DNA of 64,000 bases, taken from NCBI GenBank assembly GCA_047967505.1, contig CM106538.1; one strand, written 5' to 3'. A program made the translations under genes and the position numbers. This document shows, one piece after another, positions 26,701 through 39,716 of this stretch (its first letter is position 1; each line of letters starts with the position of its first letter). The notes beneath the pieces were generated by a model. The model saw only the letters and a list, made by a program, of their open reading frames with translations. It searched no databases and had not been told where the DNA came from. This DNA comes from Dipteris shenzhenensis. Its lineage: Eukaryota.

Positions 26701-29237
26701 GTTCATGTGCCAGATGAGTTGAGGTCCAAGTTGGATCCAAAGGCTGAGAAGTGCATCTTTATTGGTTATTCTCTGCAGTAGAAAGGGTATAGATGCTATA
26801 ACCCTTCTACACGTAAGTTCACAGTGAGCAGAGATGTTGTTTTTAATGAGATGAGCAGCTGGTATAAACCAGTAAATGTGATGATTGATGTAGATGCACA
26901 AAATGGTAATGCTGCACAAAATTCACAGTAGCAATCACAAAATATCAGTGGACCTGCAGTGTCCTCTAGCAGTGTTCACATACTTCGCCATGGACAGGTA
27001 GATTGAGATCAGGAGAATCTCCTCAAAGCAATGCAGATAGTGGTACGCAGGTATCACAAAAAGGAAAAGAGAAGGTAGATCAGCCCATGTTTGATGTGAA
27101 TGCAGGTCACTCTTATGTGGATGGTGAATCCAGTGGCTCCGAGCAGAGCATTGATGATGAGTTGGGTATTCCTTCTATTGTTACACCTGGAGTAAGGAAG
27201 ACCAGGGATGTTTTGAGAGCACCTAGAAGTGAGCCTATTTTGTGCAGGTCTACCAGGGTTAGGTATCCTGTGGATAGGCTGAAATATGATGGATTTACAG
27301 CCATTCACTATGCCTATATGGTCAAAGTGATACAGGAACCAGAACCCACTTCTTTTGAGCAAGCCATGGGAAATGAAAAATGGGAGAAAGCCATGGATGA
27401 AGAAATGGATGCCTTGGATGCAAATGCTACATGGGAATTGGTGCCTTTGCCTAAAGACAAGAATGCAATTGGCTGTAAGTGGGTTTATAAGATTAAGCAC
27501 AATGCAGATGGTTCTGTGAATAGATATAAGGCAAGATTAGTTGTCAAGGGGTATGCACAGACATATGGCATTGATTATGAAGAAACTTTCAGCCCGGTTG
27601 CAAGGATGGCAACCATAATAGTAGCCATTGCTATGGCTGCATCAAAGGGATGGTCTTTACATCAGATGGATGTAAAGACTGCCTTCTTGCATGGTGATTT
27701 GCAAGAAGAGGTCTTTATGGAGCAGCTTGCAGGTTATGTTCATGCTATTCATCCTGAGTTTGTTTGCAGGTTGAAGAAAGCCTTGTATGGCTTGAAGCAA
27801 GCACCTAGAGCATGGTCTGACAAGATAGGACAGTATCTTGTCACTGTTGGCTTTCAAATTTTCAAGGCAGATTTCTCACTCTATGTGAGAAAAACAGAGA
27901 AAGGGATTATGCTGCTTGTCATTTATGTTGATGATTTGATCATCACAGGTGATAGTGATGAAGATATCCTTCATGTGAAAATGCTATTGAGGCAGAAGTT
28001 TGAGATGAAGGATTTGGGAGAGCTGCGTTATTTCTTGGGCATTGAGGTGATTAGATCACCAAGTGGGATACAGCTCTTGCAGAGGCAGTATGGACTGGAC
28101 ATGTTGTCCAAATATGGGATGACAAGCTGTAAGCCTATTTCAGTTCCTTTGGAGCAGAATGTGAAGCTGAGCGCAGATGCAGGTGAGCTTCTGGAAGACC
28201 CTACTATGTACAGATGCATAGTAGGAAGTTTGATTTACATGACTATTACCAGGCCAGATTTGCGCTATGCTGTTGGGTTGGTAAGTCAGTTTATGCAGGC
28301 TCCAAGGAAACCGCATTTGGATGCGGCTAGACGCATACTCAGGTATGTGAAGTCCACATTGCAGTATGGACTATTTTATGAGGCTGGGGTTCAGATACAG
28401 TTGCATGGATACACTGATGCTGATTGGGCTGGTAGTATTTCTGATAGACGATCTACCAGTGGATATGTGTTCTCTTTTGGGAATGCTGCAGTCACTTGGA
28501 GCAGCAAGAAACAGCCTACAGTTGCCTTATCGAGCACAGAGGCTGAGTACAGGGGTGCAGCAATGGCTGCATGTGAGGTACCTTGGTTGCATAAGCTACT
28601 TTATGATATGCATCAGTCTACAGATGGGCCAGTTGTCATTTATTGTGACAACATGAGCAGTATACACTTGGCAAATAACCTAGTCTATCATGCTAGAACA
28701 AAGCACATTGAGGTGCATTATCACTATGTGCAGGAGAAGGTTTTACTAGGTCTTATTGATCTAGTTTATGTCAGCACAGAGGATCAGGTAGCTAACATAT
28801 TCACGAAGGCATTGGGCACAGAGAAGCTGCGCAAGTTCAGAGACCTGCTTGGTGTGCAGGAATTGGGATTGAGCTCGAGGGGGAGTGTTGAGATATCAAG
28901 CTCCACTCGCGATATGCCAGGGTCACCGTTGTGCATTTATGTCACCGACTTGTTAGCTACAGATGCGGTTGGTACACCGCCCACGAATAATAGCTGGATG
29001 ACAGCTATCCTTATCTACACTAGTTCGTGGCTCAGTTAGTATGCCACCTTAGTTAGTTAAGTTTGGTTTGAGACCCACATATAGGGTTCTTCTATTTCTT
29101 TGTACTAGAGTTCTTTTGGCTTTCACAACTAAGAAGAGGAAAACTGTTTTCAGCCTCCACCTTTGTGTGTATTCCCCCATTGTGTATGTGAGAAAGCTGC
29201 AAGTGAGACTCCTTCCCTCTCTCCCACTATCTTCACA
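23725..29237 (+). mobile_element. Full-length Ty1/Copia LTR retrotransposon, family B
   Basis: LTRs 23725-24069 and 28886-29237 (5 substitutions plus a 7-bp indel); TSD TAGTG; PBS 24070-24081; PPT GAGGGGGAG before 28886. Confidence 0.97.
24568..29039 (+). pseudogene. Copia B gag-pol polyprotein, disrupted
   Basis: CYYCGKMGHMAKDC, WYVDSGASNHM, HSDVW, SDGGGEY, IYVDDLII, YTDADWAG; several in-frame TAGs and frameshifts near 26225 and 26985. Confidence 0.95.
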
Positions 29238-30642
29238 TAGTGCAACTAAAGGTCATTGAGTGAGCAACACAAGAACCGACCCTAAAAGTGGGTAGTTACA
29301 CAAGAATCTTCCTCCAAGCCCATGCAAACACCATCGAAAGTCACCAAACTTAGGGTAGCACTTGCGTTATTGCCTAGACCTACTCCTCCTCTCAAATTAA
29401 AGGTTGCAGTACCACAAGAACCTGTCCTTGCTTCGAGTACAGCCACACAAGAACCCATGCTTCCTGTTCCGAGAGAGGTCCATCAAAGTGAATGCCGCAA
29501 CGTTGATACACACTTGACATGTAGGATGATGTACAAATTCAACACATGCTCTACCTGGCTGATGATGAGGTATGATGTTGTTCAGCATTCAAATCCACTG
29601 CATCCCACATAATTGACCCTCCCTTTAGGTGCACAATCATCAAGTCTAGATCTAGGTGAGTCTGTATGGTAGGCATATCACCCACATGCACTAGCAACTC
29701 ACAAGTCCTTGGTATTCACAATGCACCCACCCACATTCACGGTTAGCATTAGGTGAATACGGCCGATACATTTTTTGCATCCTTACACAATGACCTCACG
29801 AGGCTATGCATCCCTAAGTCTGTCGCACGCTATTTCCTCTGGGTAGTACCCTTATCATCAGAAGGCTATGATGAAGAATTTTATTGGGATCTAGAAATAG
29901 AAGCGAATAATGCCACATTAGAAGGTCAAATCTTTGATGATAACACGGCCATCCTTCATGAATTAATAGTAGAATGTCCCAAGTTATACCCTCTAGCAAA
30001 AATAAGTAGCAAGAAGTCAAGGAAGAAGAAAGAGGGTGTGCAATGCCAAAAGGCTAAGGTGTAGCAATTCAACAAGTTTGAAATGATGCAATCTAGAGTG
30101 GTAAAACTATACTAAACCAAGCCCACCCAAGTACAGAAGCCACCAAAATTATAATGGGACCCAAAGGGCCTTGAGGGTGTATGCACGGCAGAGGAACCCC
30201 TTTGAGAACAAATGCCCATTGATAACCCAACACTAGTCTCCCAAAGCAAGAAGTTTTGTACATTCAAACCTAACGTGTGGATAAAGACTGAGTGGGATAG
30301 TACACATAAAAAAGAAAAGCAAGTGGGCATCAATTCAATAGATGAAGGATCCTCTACAGCAAGTAGTACCATGAATAGTTAGGCTAGCACCTCAAAATGC
30401 TATGAAATCTTTAGGGAAGTACCCACCTATTTCAAAAATTATACAAGGGAAAGGGCAACAATAGCCATGCCTTGACCAATTAGGGAATTAGAGATCAAGG
30501 AAACATAAGAACTAGGGGAAACCCCAGTTTATGAGGGACCGCCTAGGACCTAAAAATTGGATCTTGCCTTGGAAGGAGATGTTAGAGTTAGCTCAAATGT
30601 CCACCTCTCATGTAACCCACCAATATTCTGTGTACCCAATGT

Positions 30643-31274
30643 TGTAAGGCCCCCATATGAGGAGAAGCCATGATGGGTATCAGATATTGGGAGGGATCCC
30701 CAGTTTAGACACTGGAAGGGGTCTTAGAGTAGACCAGATGGTTATGAGACGGCTTAGGAGCCAAGAGTAGATACCCGTCTGCACAAAGGGGGGGTTCGGG
30801 GGGGCGATAGCCCCCCCGATAGCAGGGGGTCCGGGGGGCACAGGCCCCCGGTGGGGGTCTGGGGGCAAAGCCCCCAGCGGCAGGGTCCGAGGGCTGCCGG
30901 TAGCCCCAGGCCCGACGGTATGACCTATGCGCGATCCTTCATCTGGCCGACGGCATGTTTTCTGAAGGGTCGGTTGGTCTTCCAGGCCGACTGTCTATTA
31001 GGCCGACTGCCTATTACAGGGCCGACCGTCAACCACTTACACTATATAAGTGGCCACCCCCTATCATCAGATCACCAGTTCTTCACGCTCATAGTCCTCC
31101 GTCCAGCATCTGTCTAGATCACCATCGAAGCTCTGTCTGTAGAGCGCACGGGTGGACAGCCAACCATCAGTTGTATCAGCAGTTTGGTATATCAGAATTT
31201 TTTGTATTCTCTCCAGCTTTCCATCGTGTACTTGCGTTTTGTTGTTATCTTCCGCTGCGTACTATTTTCTTACA
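30643..31274 (+). mobile_element. TGTAAG..CTTACA solo-type LTR with GC-rich hairpin block
   Basis: TG..CA ends, TATATAA box near 31043, ends homologous to 10930-17503. Confidence 0.7.
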
Positions 31275-31759
31275 GGAGAAGAGGAAAAGCCTATGTACAT
31301 CAGTGAGCAACTTACTAAGGAAGAAAAAGAACTAAAAACACTTCCTGATGGAATACAAGGATTGCATGGCTTGGTCCTATAAGGACATGAAAGGGATGTC
31401 CTTTGAAGTTGTAGTACACACCATACCTACTAGGGAAGGATCCAAGGCTAAGGTGTGTGGACCGTATAAGACAAATCCAAGTATGGCACCCATGTCAATG
31501 AAGAACTTTAAAAATTATTCGATGCCAATTCCATTTATGATACTGAGCACATTGATGGGGTGTCACCAATTGTGGAAGTTGAGAATATGTATGAATCTCA
31601 AAAATTTTAATGCAACCACCACAATGAGAGATCACTTCCCCCTACCATTGACAGAGATAGTTTTGGAACGGGTAGTAGAATTAGAAATATACATCTTCTT
31701 CGATAAGTTCAGTGTGGGTACAAGCAAGTACAGATTGCACCTCAAGATCAGGCAAAGAC
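31275..31759 (+). pseudogene. Ty3/Gypsy (Athila/Tat-like) reverse transcriptase N-terminal fragment
   Basis: EYKDCMAWSYKDMKGM..HTIP and LRICMNLKNFNATT.RDHFPLP..IVLERV. Confidence 0.75.
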
Positions 31760-34201
31760 TGACAAAATATGAAGAGGGGAGAGGAGAAGAGTGGAGATGA
31801 GGAGAGAGGGTGCAACTAGAGAGCACACCACAAATGACTAACTGTACACTAGATTTAGTTGAAAATGTAGAATATATACAAACCCATTTAGGGTTAGGGT
31901 TAGGGCATCTAACCCTTTCCTTTATAGCACTCTATTGGGTTAGTGCTATGCACATATGATCACAGGATGTTGAGCGTGATCTCTCAACACCTTCCCTCAA
32001 GATCAACATCATGAAGTAGTCCGTCCCTTAAGATGATGATTTTGGGGAATCGAAGAAGGATTGAACATTACATTCCATCACACCCATTTAATGGGAATGT
32101 CCTTCCTCTACATCAAACCAAGAGCTAGTCGATGTTTCTTGAAAATCTCTTTACTGAGTGGTTTGGTAAAGATGTATGCAACATTCTCTTTGCTATCACA
32201 ATGCTGCAGTGTGATGTCACCAAGTAACACTCTTTCTCTGATGAAGTGCTCTCTGACATCAATATGCTTTGTCATGGAGTGATATATTGGATTCTTGGCC
32301 AATGCTTGAGCTGATTGATTATTACATATATTGTTGTTGGCTTTGATTCATCGAAGTAATATGTTTCTAACAATAGTCTTCTGAGCCATATAGCTTCACA
32401 TGCACTTCTGTAGTGAGTGCTCTATATTCTGCTTCAATCAAAGACAAAGAAACAGTTGGTTGTTGTTTGACAACCATGATATAGCACCTTGACCAAGGAA
32501 AAATCCATATCCCTGTGTCGATCTCCTAGTCTCATGAGCTCCGGCATAGTCACTATCATAGTATCCATGCAACCATGGATGACTTCCTCTATATTCTATC
32601 CCAAACTATCTTGTACCTCTGATGTATCTCAAGACTCTTTTGGATGCATTCCAGTGAGACTGTTTTGGATTTTTCATTAACTGTGCTAGTGAACTTACTG
32701 CATAACAAATATCTGGCCTTGTGTAGTCAGATATATAAGAGATCCGATGAGTTGCCTATAGTACTTGCCATTAATTGGAGGCTTTTCTAAATCTTTAGTA
32801 AGTTTCAAACTCTATTCCATGGGAGGGGCTGCAATCTTGCAATTTGCCGTATGAAACTTCTTCAGGAGACTGTCAACATACTTGAGCTGACTCATGAATG
32901 TGCTATCTGAATCTCTCCAGAACTCAATTCCAAGACAATAGTGCATAAGTCCAAGATCTTTCATGTCGCGAACTCTGCCAGATAAGTCTTATTTTAGCTT
33001 TATAATGAAGCTATCCTTGCTTCTTGTCACAATCAGATCATCTATGTACAAAAGTGCAAGTAATGTCTTCCCCTTGAGCTTTGTAGTAGAGAGTACGATT
33101 TGCATTGGACTTCACGTATCCTAGATTAGCAAAATACTTATCGATTCTGCTGTACCAACTTTTGGGTGCTTGCTTTAAGCTATAGAGACTTTTCTTGAGA
33201 TGGAAAACCTTATTCTCTTTTCCTGGTTCAATAGACTTGATGGTTTGTTGCATGTAGACTTCCTCGTCTAGGTAACCATTGAGAAATGCATTCTTGACAT
33301 CGAGCTGATACACATTCCATCTGCTGAGTGTTGCTAGTGATATCAAGAACTATATGAAATCCATCTTTGCTACTGGAGCATAAGTGTCATCATAGTATCG
33401 ACCATATTGTTGTGCAAATCCTTTTGCAACTAGTCTAGCTTTGTATCTTTGAATACTTCCATCTTGATTGTACTTCACTTTGTATACCCATTTGTTTGCT
33501 TTGGCCTTCTTTCCTGGTGGAAGTTCGCATAATTCCCAAGTATTATTCTTATACAAAGCTTCCATTTCTTCATTCATAGTAGTTTGCCATTCTGGCTTGC
33601 CTACTGCATCTTCGAAGTCCATTGTCTCTTTTGTAGCCATGATGGTAGTCATAAGAGCACAGTTGGTGGTTTCAACCTGAATTGGTTAGCTTTTGTTTGT
33701 CAAAGTAGCATGCTTCACAAACTTTTCCAAGAAACTGTAGCTTCGGAATCCCGATTGCCATATTCTGATTCCTGAGATCTAGCAAGCTCTTGAAATTAAC
33801 ATGACCATATCTCTTGTGCCATTTTACAGATAGTGGCATCTATTGCAATTGAGCTGACATGGCATCCAGCATTCTGTACAAGCATCCTTCCTTGACACCT
33901 TTTCCTACTAGCTAAAATCTTTTGGATTTGTGTCTGATAGTGCATTCATCTTCGTCAAAGATGACGCTGTAGTTGTGTTTTGTCATTTGACCTACTCACA
34001 AGAGGTTATTGCTGAGCTTCGAAACATAGAGTACATATTTCACCAATCCTTTCGTACCAATAAAATTGTTCATAGGGATAATGCCCGTCCCTTGATCTGG
34101 ATTCGATGTATTATTTGTTGTATAGATGACATTCTTTTGACCTTCTAATGGTTTCAACTTTGTGAACCATTCTTGATGATTTGTCATGTGAGATGATGCA
34201 C
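31760..34201 (-). mobile_element. Truncated Copia family C copy (3' LTR 31760-31989, RH, RT, integrase deleted, part of protease)
   Basis: Close match to 46307-52742; near 33690 the sequence jumps from the pre-RT linker to the pre-integrase zinc finger; LTR lacks a 27-bp duplication. Confidence 0.92.
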
Positions 34202-35639
34202 ATTCTGAGTTTGTTTGCAGGTTGAAGAAAGCCTTGTATGGCTTGCAAGCACCTAGAGCATGGTCTGACAAGATAGGACAGTATCTTGTCACCATTGGCT
34301 TTCAGATCTCCAAGGCAGATTTCTCACTCTATGTGAGAAAAATAGAGAAAGGTATTATGCTACTTGTCATTTATGTTGATGATTTGATCATCACAGGTGA
34401 TAGTGACGAAGATATCCTTCATGTGAAAATGCTATTGAAGCAGAAGTTTGAGATGAAGGATTTGGGAGAGCTACGTTATTTCTTGGGCATTGAGGTGATT
34501 AGATCACCAAGTGGGATATAGCTCTTGCAGAGACAGTATGGATTGGACATGCTATCCAAATATGGGATGACAGGTTGTAAGCCTATTTCAGTTCCTTTGG
34601 AGCAGAATGTGAAGCTAAGCACAGATGCAGGTGAGCTTCTGGAAGACCCTACTATGTACAGACGCATAGTAGGAAGTTTGATTTATATGACTATTACCAG
34701 GCCAGATTTAAGCTATGTTGTTGGATTGGTAAGTCAGTTTATGTAGGCTCCAAGGAAACCGCATTTGGATGCGGCTAGACGCATACTCAGGTATGTGAAG
34801 TCCACATTGCAGTATGGACTATCTTATGAGGCTGGGGTTTAGATACAGTTGCATGGATACATTGATGCTGATTGGGCTGGTAGTATTTCTGATAGACGAT
34901 CTACTAGTGGATATGTGTTCTCTTTTGGGAGTGCTGCAGTCACTTGGAGCAGCAAGAAACAGCCTACAGTTGCCTTGTCGAGCACAGAGGCTGAGTATAG
35001 GGGTGTAGCAATGGTTGCATGTGAGGTAGCTTGGTTGCATAAGCTACTCTATGATATGCATCAGTCTACAAATGGGCCAGTTGTCATTTATTGTGACAAC
35101 ATGAGCAGTATACACTTGGCAAATAACCCAGTCTATCATGCTAGAACAAAGCACATTGAGGTGCATTATCACTATGTGCAGGAGAAGGTTTTACTAGGTC
35201 TTATTGATCTAGTTTATGTCAGCACAGAGGATCATGTAGCTGACATATTCACGAAGGCATTGGGTGCAGAGAAGCTACGCAAGTTCAGAGACCTGCTTGG
35301 TGTGCAGGAATTGGAATTGAGCTCGAGGGGGAGTGTTGAGATATCGAGCTCCACTTGCGATATGCCAGGGTGACCGTTGTGCATTTATGTCACTGACTTG
35401 TTAGCTATAGATGTGGTTGGTACACCGCCCATGAATAATAGCTGGATGATAGCTATCCTTATCTACACTAGTTCGTGGCTCAGTTAGTATGCCACCTTTC
35501 TTTGTACTAGAGTTCTTTTGGATTTCACAACTAAGAAGAGGAAAACTATTTTCAGCCTCCACCTTTGTGTGTATTCCCCCATTGTGTATGTGAGAAAGCC
35601 GCAAGTGAGACTCCTTCCCTCTCTTCCACTATCTTCACA
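34202..35639 (+). mobile_element. 5'-truncated Copia family B copy (RT end, RH, 3' LTR 35334-35639)
   Basis: Near-identical to 27750-29237; LTR carries a 46-bp internal deletion. Confidence 0.93.
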
Positions 35640-38600
35640 TGTCAATTGCATGAAATGTGAAAGGGTCTCCTGTTATTATGGTGAGAACAACATTGTTGTG
35701 ATGTTTAATTAATCCGGTGAAGTAAAAGAAATGAGGAATTATTGAACTAGGTGGAGGGGACTTATAACAATTGCTGTGTATGTTGTCAATGTCTTTATCA
35801 GTTTTTGTGTTTCTGTCCTGAATCTATTAAGCATGTTTACAAACTCTGGATCTTCTTGGCATATTGGCTCTGTCAACTCATACTAATGTATGCAATATTG
35901 CCATAATTGTGCGGGTTGGAGAGCTGATGTTTCTTGAAATATCCACTTATCTCTAACTAGAAAGATTTGGTAAAGGTCACCATTAAAATGACATAAAGGC
36001 CACCAAATGGTAAATGTTGAATGTGCATGATGTCACATAGTCTTTGGTCAATAAATCTAAACATTCTACTACCCACGAGAAATTTCATCGATCACTATTA
36101 CTCTGAGCTCACTATAAGCTTTTGTTAACATGTCAAGTCTATTACAGTTAGTTGAAGGTTCTTGTTTAGGGTTATTTTGCAAGTGTAAACGGTTGACGTT
36201 TTCACAATTGATAGGAATGTATAAAGTTGAATGAATTTTGATTCTGTCTATGTTGCATGCAGCTTTGCCAGTATATGTAGATTTTAGTACTTTTAATGTT
36301 GAAGGATCTGCACCTAACCCTTTGTTGTAGGTTCTAGTTAGTTGTTCCACCAACAAGTTCAATACAGTACTTTTCCTTTTCCCTACTCCTCCAATGATGA
36401 AGATGTGTAACAGAGTGTTGGGGCTTATTCTTTTTTTGTGCATGATTATGTAATAAAAAATTAGTCTTTGCTTTTGGTTCAAACCTTGGATTTGGTGATA
36501 TTCTAGTGATGATAGCATGATGTGCTTCATTTCAACAATTTCAGACTTTGATTGTTTTATGCTTTGTTGCGATGATGTTGCATTTGTATTAGTAGATTAT
36601 TTTTCAAGGCTGGGATCATAGTTTGTGACATTGATTGTTGTCATTGGTTTTGCTAATGTTGTATTTTGGAAAGCTTCTTCCCAGAGCGTGTTGTGTGCCT
36701 CAGTTTTGCTAATTTATGGGCTCTTTGCTCTATGTCACTCCATTGTATACTTTTTTGTTAGATGTTTGCATATTGCATGTGAATTTTTTCCAAACAATTT
36801 TTATTTGTCCCTTTGTCATTTTGAAGGCATCACACTAGGTTTTATTTTGTTTTTTATGCTGCCTTCGTTTTCGTGAAAAGGCACACAGTAGAGCATGTTC
36901 TCTGTAATAGTTTATTCGATCATGAAATTTGTTATAGTGCACATATCAAATGATTTTTGCTTTCTTTCTTTCTTTGAAGCATTTGTACATGTTGTAGTAT
37001 GATGTTACTTTAGCAAGTGACAAGTTTCAATAGAGGTTGGACAACCAACATACCTGTCAATTGTGGAAGGGCAAATGATGTCAATACAGTTATCTGGTAG
37101 GGTATACAAAACTGTAGTTGGTTTCAAAACAAAGGCACGATCTTTTGGTGCTGATGTGTTGATGAATTTGCATGGTCTAGATGAATGGCGCATTGGTAAT
37201 GATAGGATTATGTACATTGCTTGTTGTGCTGACATTTGTTGCATGTTTAAAAATTTGCTTCCTAGCTTTCAAATATGAGTTCCTACATCGGTTTGTTCTT
37301 GGTGGCATCGTGTCATTATTTTATGCAAGTTTTTGTGATTTTGTTATCAACTTTAGTGATATATGATATGAAGTAGCTTGTAGCTGCATATGAATTGTGC
37401 ATCTATATTTGCTTGCCAGAGAGGTGCTGCATGTTTGCTAAAATAGTTCATCCACATGCTATGTAGTGGTCTTTCCAAGAAAAGAGTGGGTCTCTGTAAG
37501 ACACTTCAGAGGCATGTCATGTATTGTTCTTCATTCAAGTTAAGTTATTATAGGAATTGTGCAATAGTTTGATCATCAAAACTTGTGATGGAGTTTAATG
37601 ATGTGTATTTTTCGTGTAGCTTTGTTGTTGTTGTTTTGCAATGTTTTTCTAGTGGAGTAAAAATGGTTGTTTTGGTCATTGGTGGTAATGGATAATGGAA
37701 TCAACATATCTCCTCTTCTTTTTTCCTACAAGTGAAGTGTGATGATATGTTTTAATGTCACAAATACTAGGGTCTAGCAATGTTTCATCACAAGATATGC
37801 ATTTATTTACAAATTGTGTGACTTCCTCATTCGTCGCATTATTATAGCAAGGAGCATCTTTTATTCAAAGAAGTAGATGTTCATGAAAACCTCCACAATT
37901 TTGGGCTTCTGTGACTGAGAATAAATCATCTACTTGTCTGAAAATTGGTTGGCGGGTCTTTAAGAGTGCTCTTAGTGCTTGTGTCCGATGATTGTAATAG
38001 TGTGCACATGTCACTGGATTGTTTTGTATAAGTTCGTGCATTGTAATGTCTTTCTTATTTTGCCCAGGCTCTTGTACTATTGACTTTGCTAGAGCAACTG
38101 TTAAGTGATTCCATTTAGTCTCCGCACTCATGAAGGTCACAAAAAAGATTGGGGGCCCTAGCTGCCTAATCATTGTGAATGCATTCTTTCCATAATTGTT
38201 TCCAATAATCTGGCGATGTTCAAAGTTGCAATAAGTCACGATATCCTAGCTCTGACTGTGAGTATTTAATCTAGGTTAGGCTTTGTTTTAGCATCTTTTG
38301 CTATGAGTTCTCTTCCTTGTAATTTTGCTTTTTGTATACGTATCCATGTAGATCTTGCAACATTTTTTAAAAGTATACTCATCGCTTAAAAAAAAAGACT
38401 TGCTATGTGTAGAGCATGGCGTCTGTCTTTGTGGTGAATTCCCCATTTCACGCATTGATGATAGCTATTGTTTTGAAGTTTTTTTTTTTGCCTTGGATAG
38501 CCAAAGAATAAAGTTGGATAATTTTGTTGCTCACAGTGTTTATCTTTGAGTATGAATATTGGCTTTTGGTCTTCAATTCGAGCTATAGCTAACACTTGGT

Positions 38601-39400
38601 TTTCACTATCGATGAACATAGCATGTGCATTTGTGAAACTATGTAGAAGTATGTCTATAATAGTTCATTTGGATAATTTTGATGTAACATGATGTCGTCT
38701 TTGTATTTTTGGTATTATCTTCTTTGATTGAAGTTTACAACTGAAACAAGGAAAGCCATTGTGTAGAAATTGTTATGCTTGCTTCTCTGTAAATAGATGT
38801 GTTGATTGTACTATGCAAAGCCTTCATAATACAGTTTGGATGTACAGTTCCTGTGGTGTACGGGTTCTTGTGTTGTAGACGCCTTTTAACTACTATAGCA
38901 ATTGTTCCTTGATCATCTAGCTAGCGAGGCAAGGCTATTTGTATAATATCGACATTGTTTGGACATTGATAATGCTTCCTTTCATAATATATTGTCCATA
39001 TCCAAAATGTTGTCATATTTGTGCAAAAGTTGCGCGTAGTGCTATCAAATGTTCTTCAAGTTCATTTGGATTAAATATTTCTTGAATGCATGTATTCAAT
39101 TCCATTTTAGTTGGGTCTGTATATTATGAAATTTTGTCTTTATTGATGTCTTATAAGCAAGCCTTGCATATGTTAAAGCTATTAGAAAATTCGAGTCGGT
39201 TTAAAGCAGCTTCATCGCGTAGAAATGTTATTATGTTCTCATCTTCTTGTGTCATTTGTCTAAAGAAGAACAATCTCTAACAACAAACAACATGCATAAG
39301 TAGGGGTGTTTGCAATAGTTTGCTTGAAATGTTTAATAGCTCTTACTTCTACCAATACAGAGTCTATAAATTGATGAGTAGTTTTTCTTTTATTAAGGTA
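35640..39400 (-). mobile_element. Decayed Helitron-superfamily Rep/helicase gene of Helentron/Helitron2 type, 3' end cut by the Copia B LTR
   Basis: DUF6570-like ELEEHLIALRATFAQI..GYGQY..GSIINV and YPTLFFG; Rep motifs MIRQLGPPIFFVTFMSAETKW, VTEAQNCGGFHEHLLL (HUH), YAATSYFISYITKVD; linker MSAQQAMYIILSLPMRHSSR..FINT; PIF1 motifs IIGGVGKRKS, YTGKAA, VIVIDEIS. Confidence 0.88.
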
Positions 39401-39639
39401 TTTGGCTCAATGTTTTCTTGGGTGTAGCCAATCGCAAAACTATTTTTGGGGCCATTTTGGGGCTGCAACACGATGCGTTGGTGGGTGAGATTTTGAATTT
39501 TGCGCGGACCCATGCTATCGTCGAACTTTTTCCCGACATCATGATTGCCACACTGGCGTAATAATGAGACACAATATCATCATTGTCAAAAAACACAGAG
39601 CTTAACACATGGCACTATATGCATTTACTCATGGGCATA

Positions 39640-39716
39640 GATTACATCACATAGCTCTACCTCTAGCCTGATTACATCACATACCTCTACCTCTAGCCTG
39701 ATTACATCACATAGCT
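39640..39716. repeat. 30-bp tandem repeat, 2.5 copies
   Basis: GATTACATCACATA(G/C)CTCTACCTCTAGCCT repeated. Confidence 0.9.

Larger units (their letters stand above)
22376..30642 (+). mobile_element. 3' part of an old Ty3/Gypsy (Athila/Tat-like) element: integrase tail, retropepsin-like domain, long extra region, PPT and start of 3' LTR; interrupted by Copia B
   Basis: GACRIAILDGDEMDG*LNGRKLKRYY continues in frame to ALMDPRACHNFIS..ILGRTW; PPT-like GGAAGGAGA 30571-30579 followed by TGTTAGAG at 30580. Confidence 0.55.
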
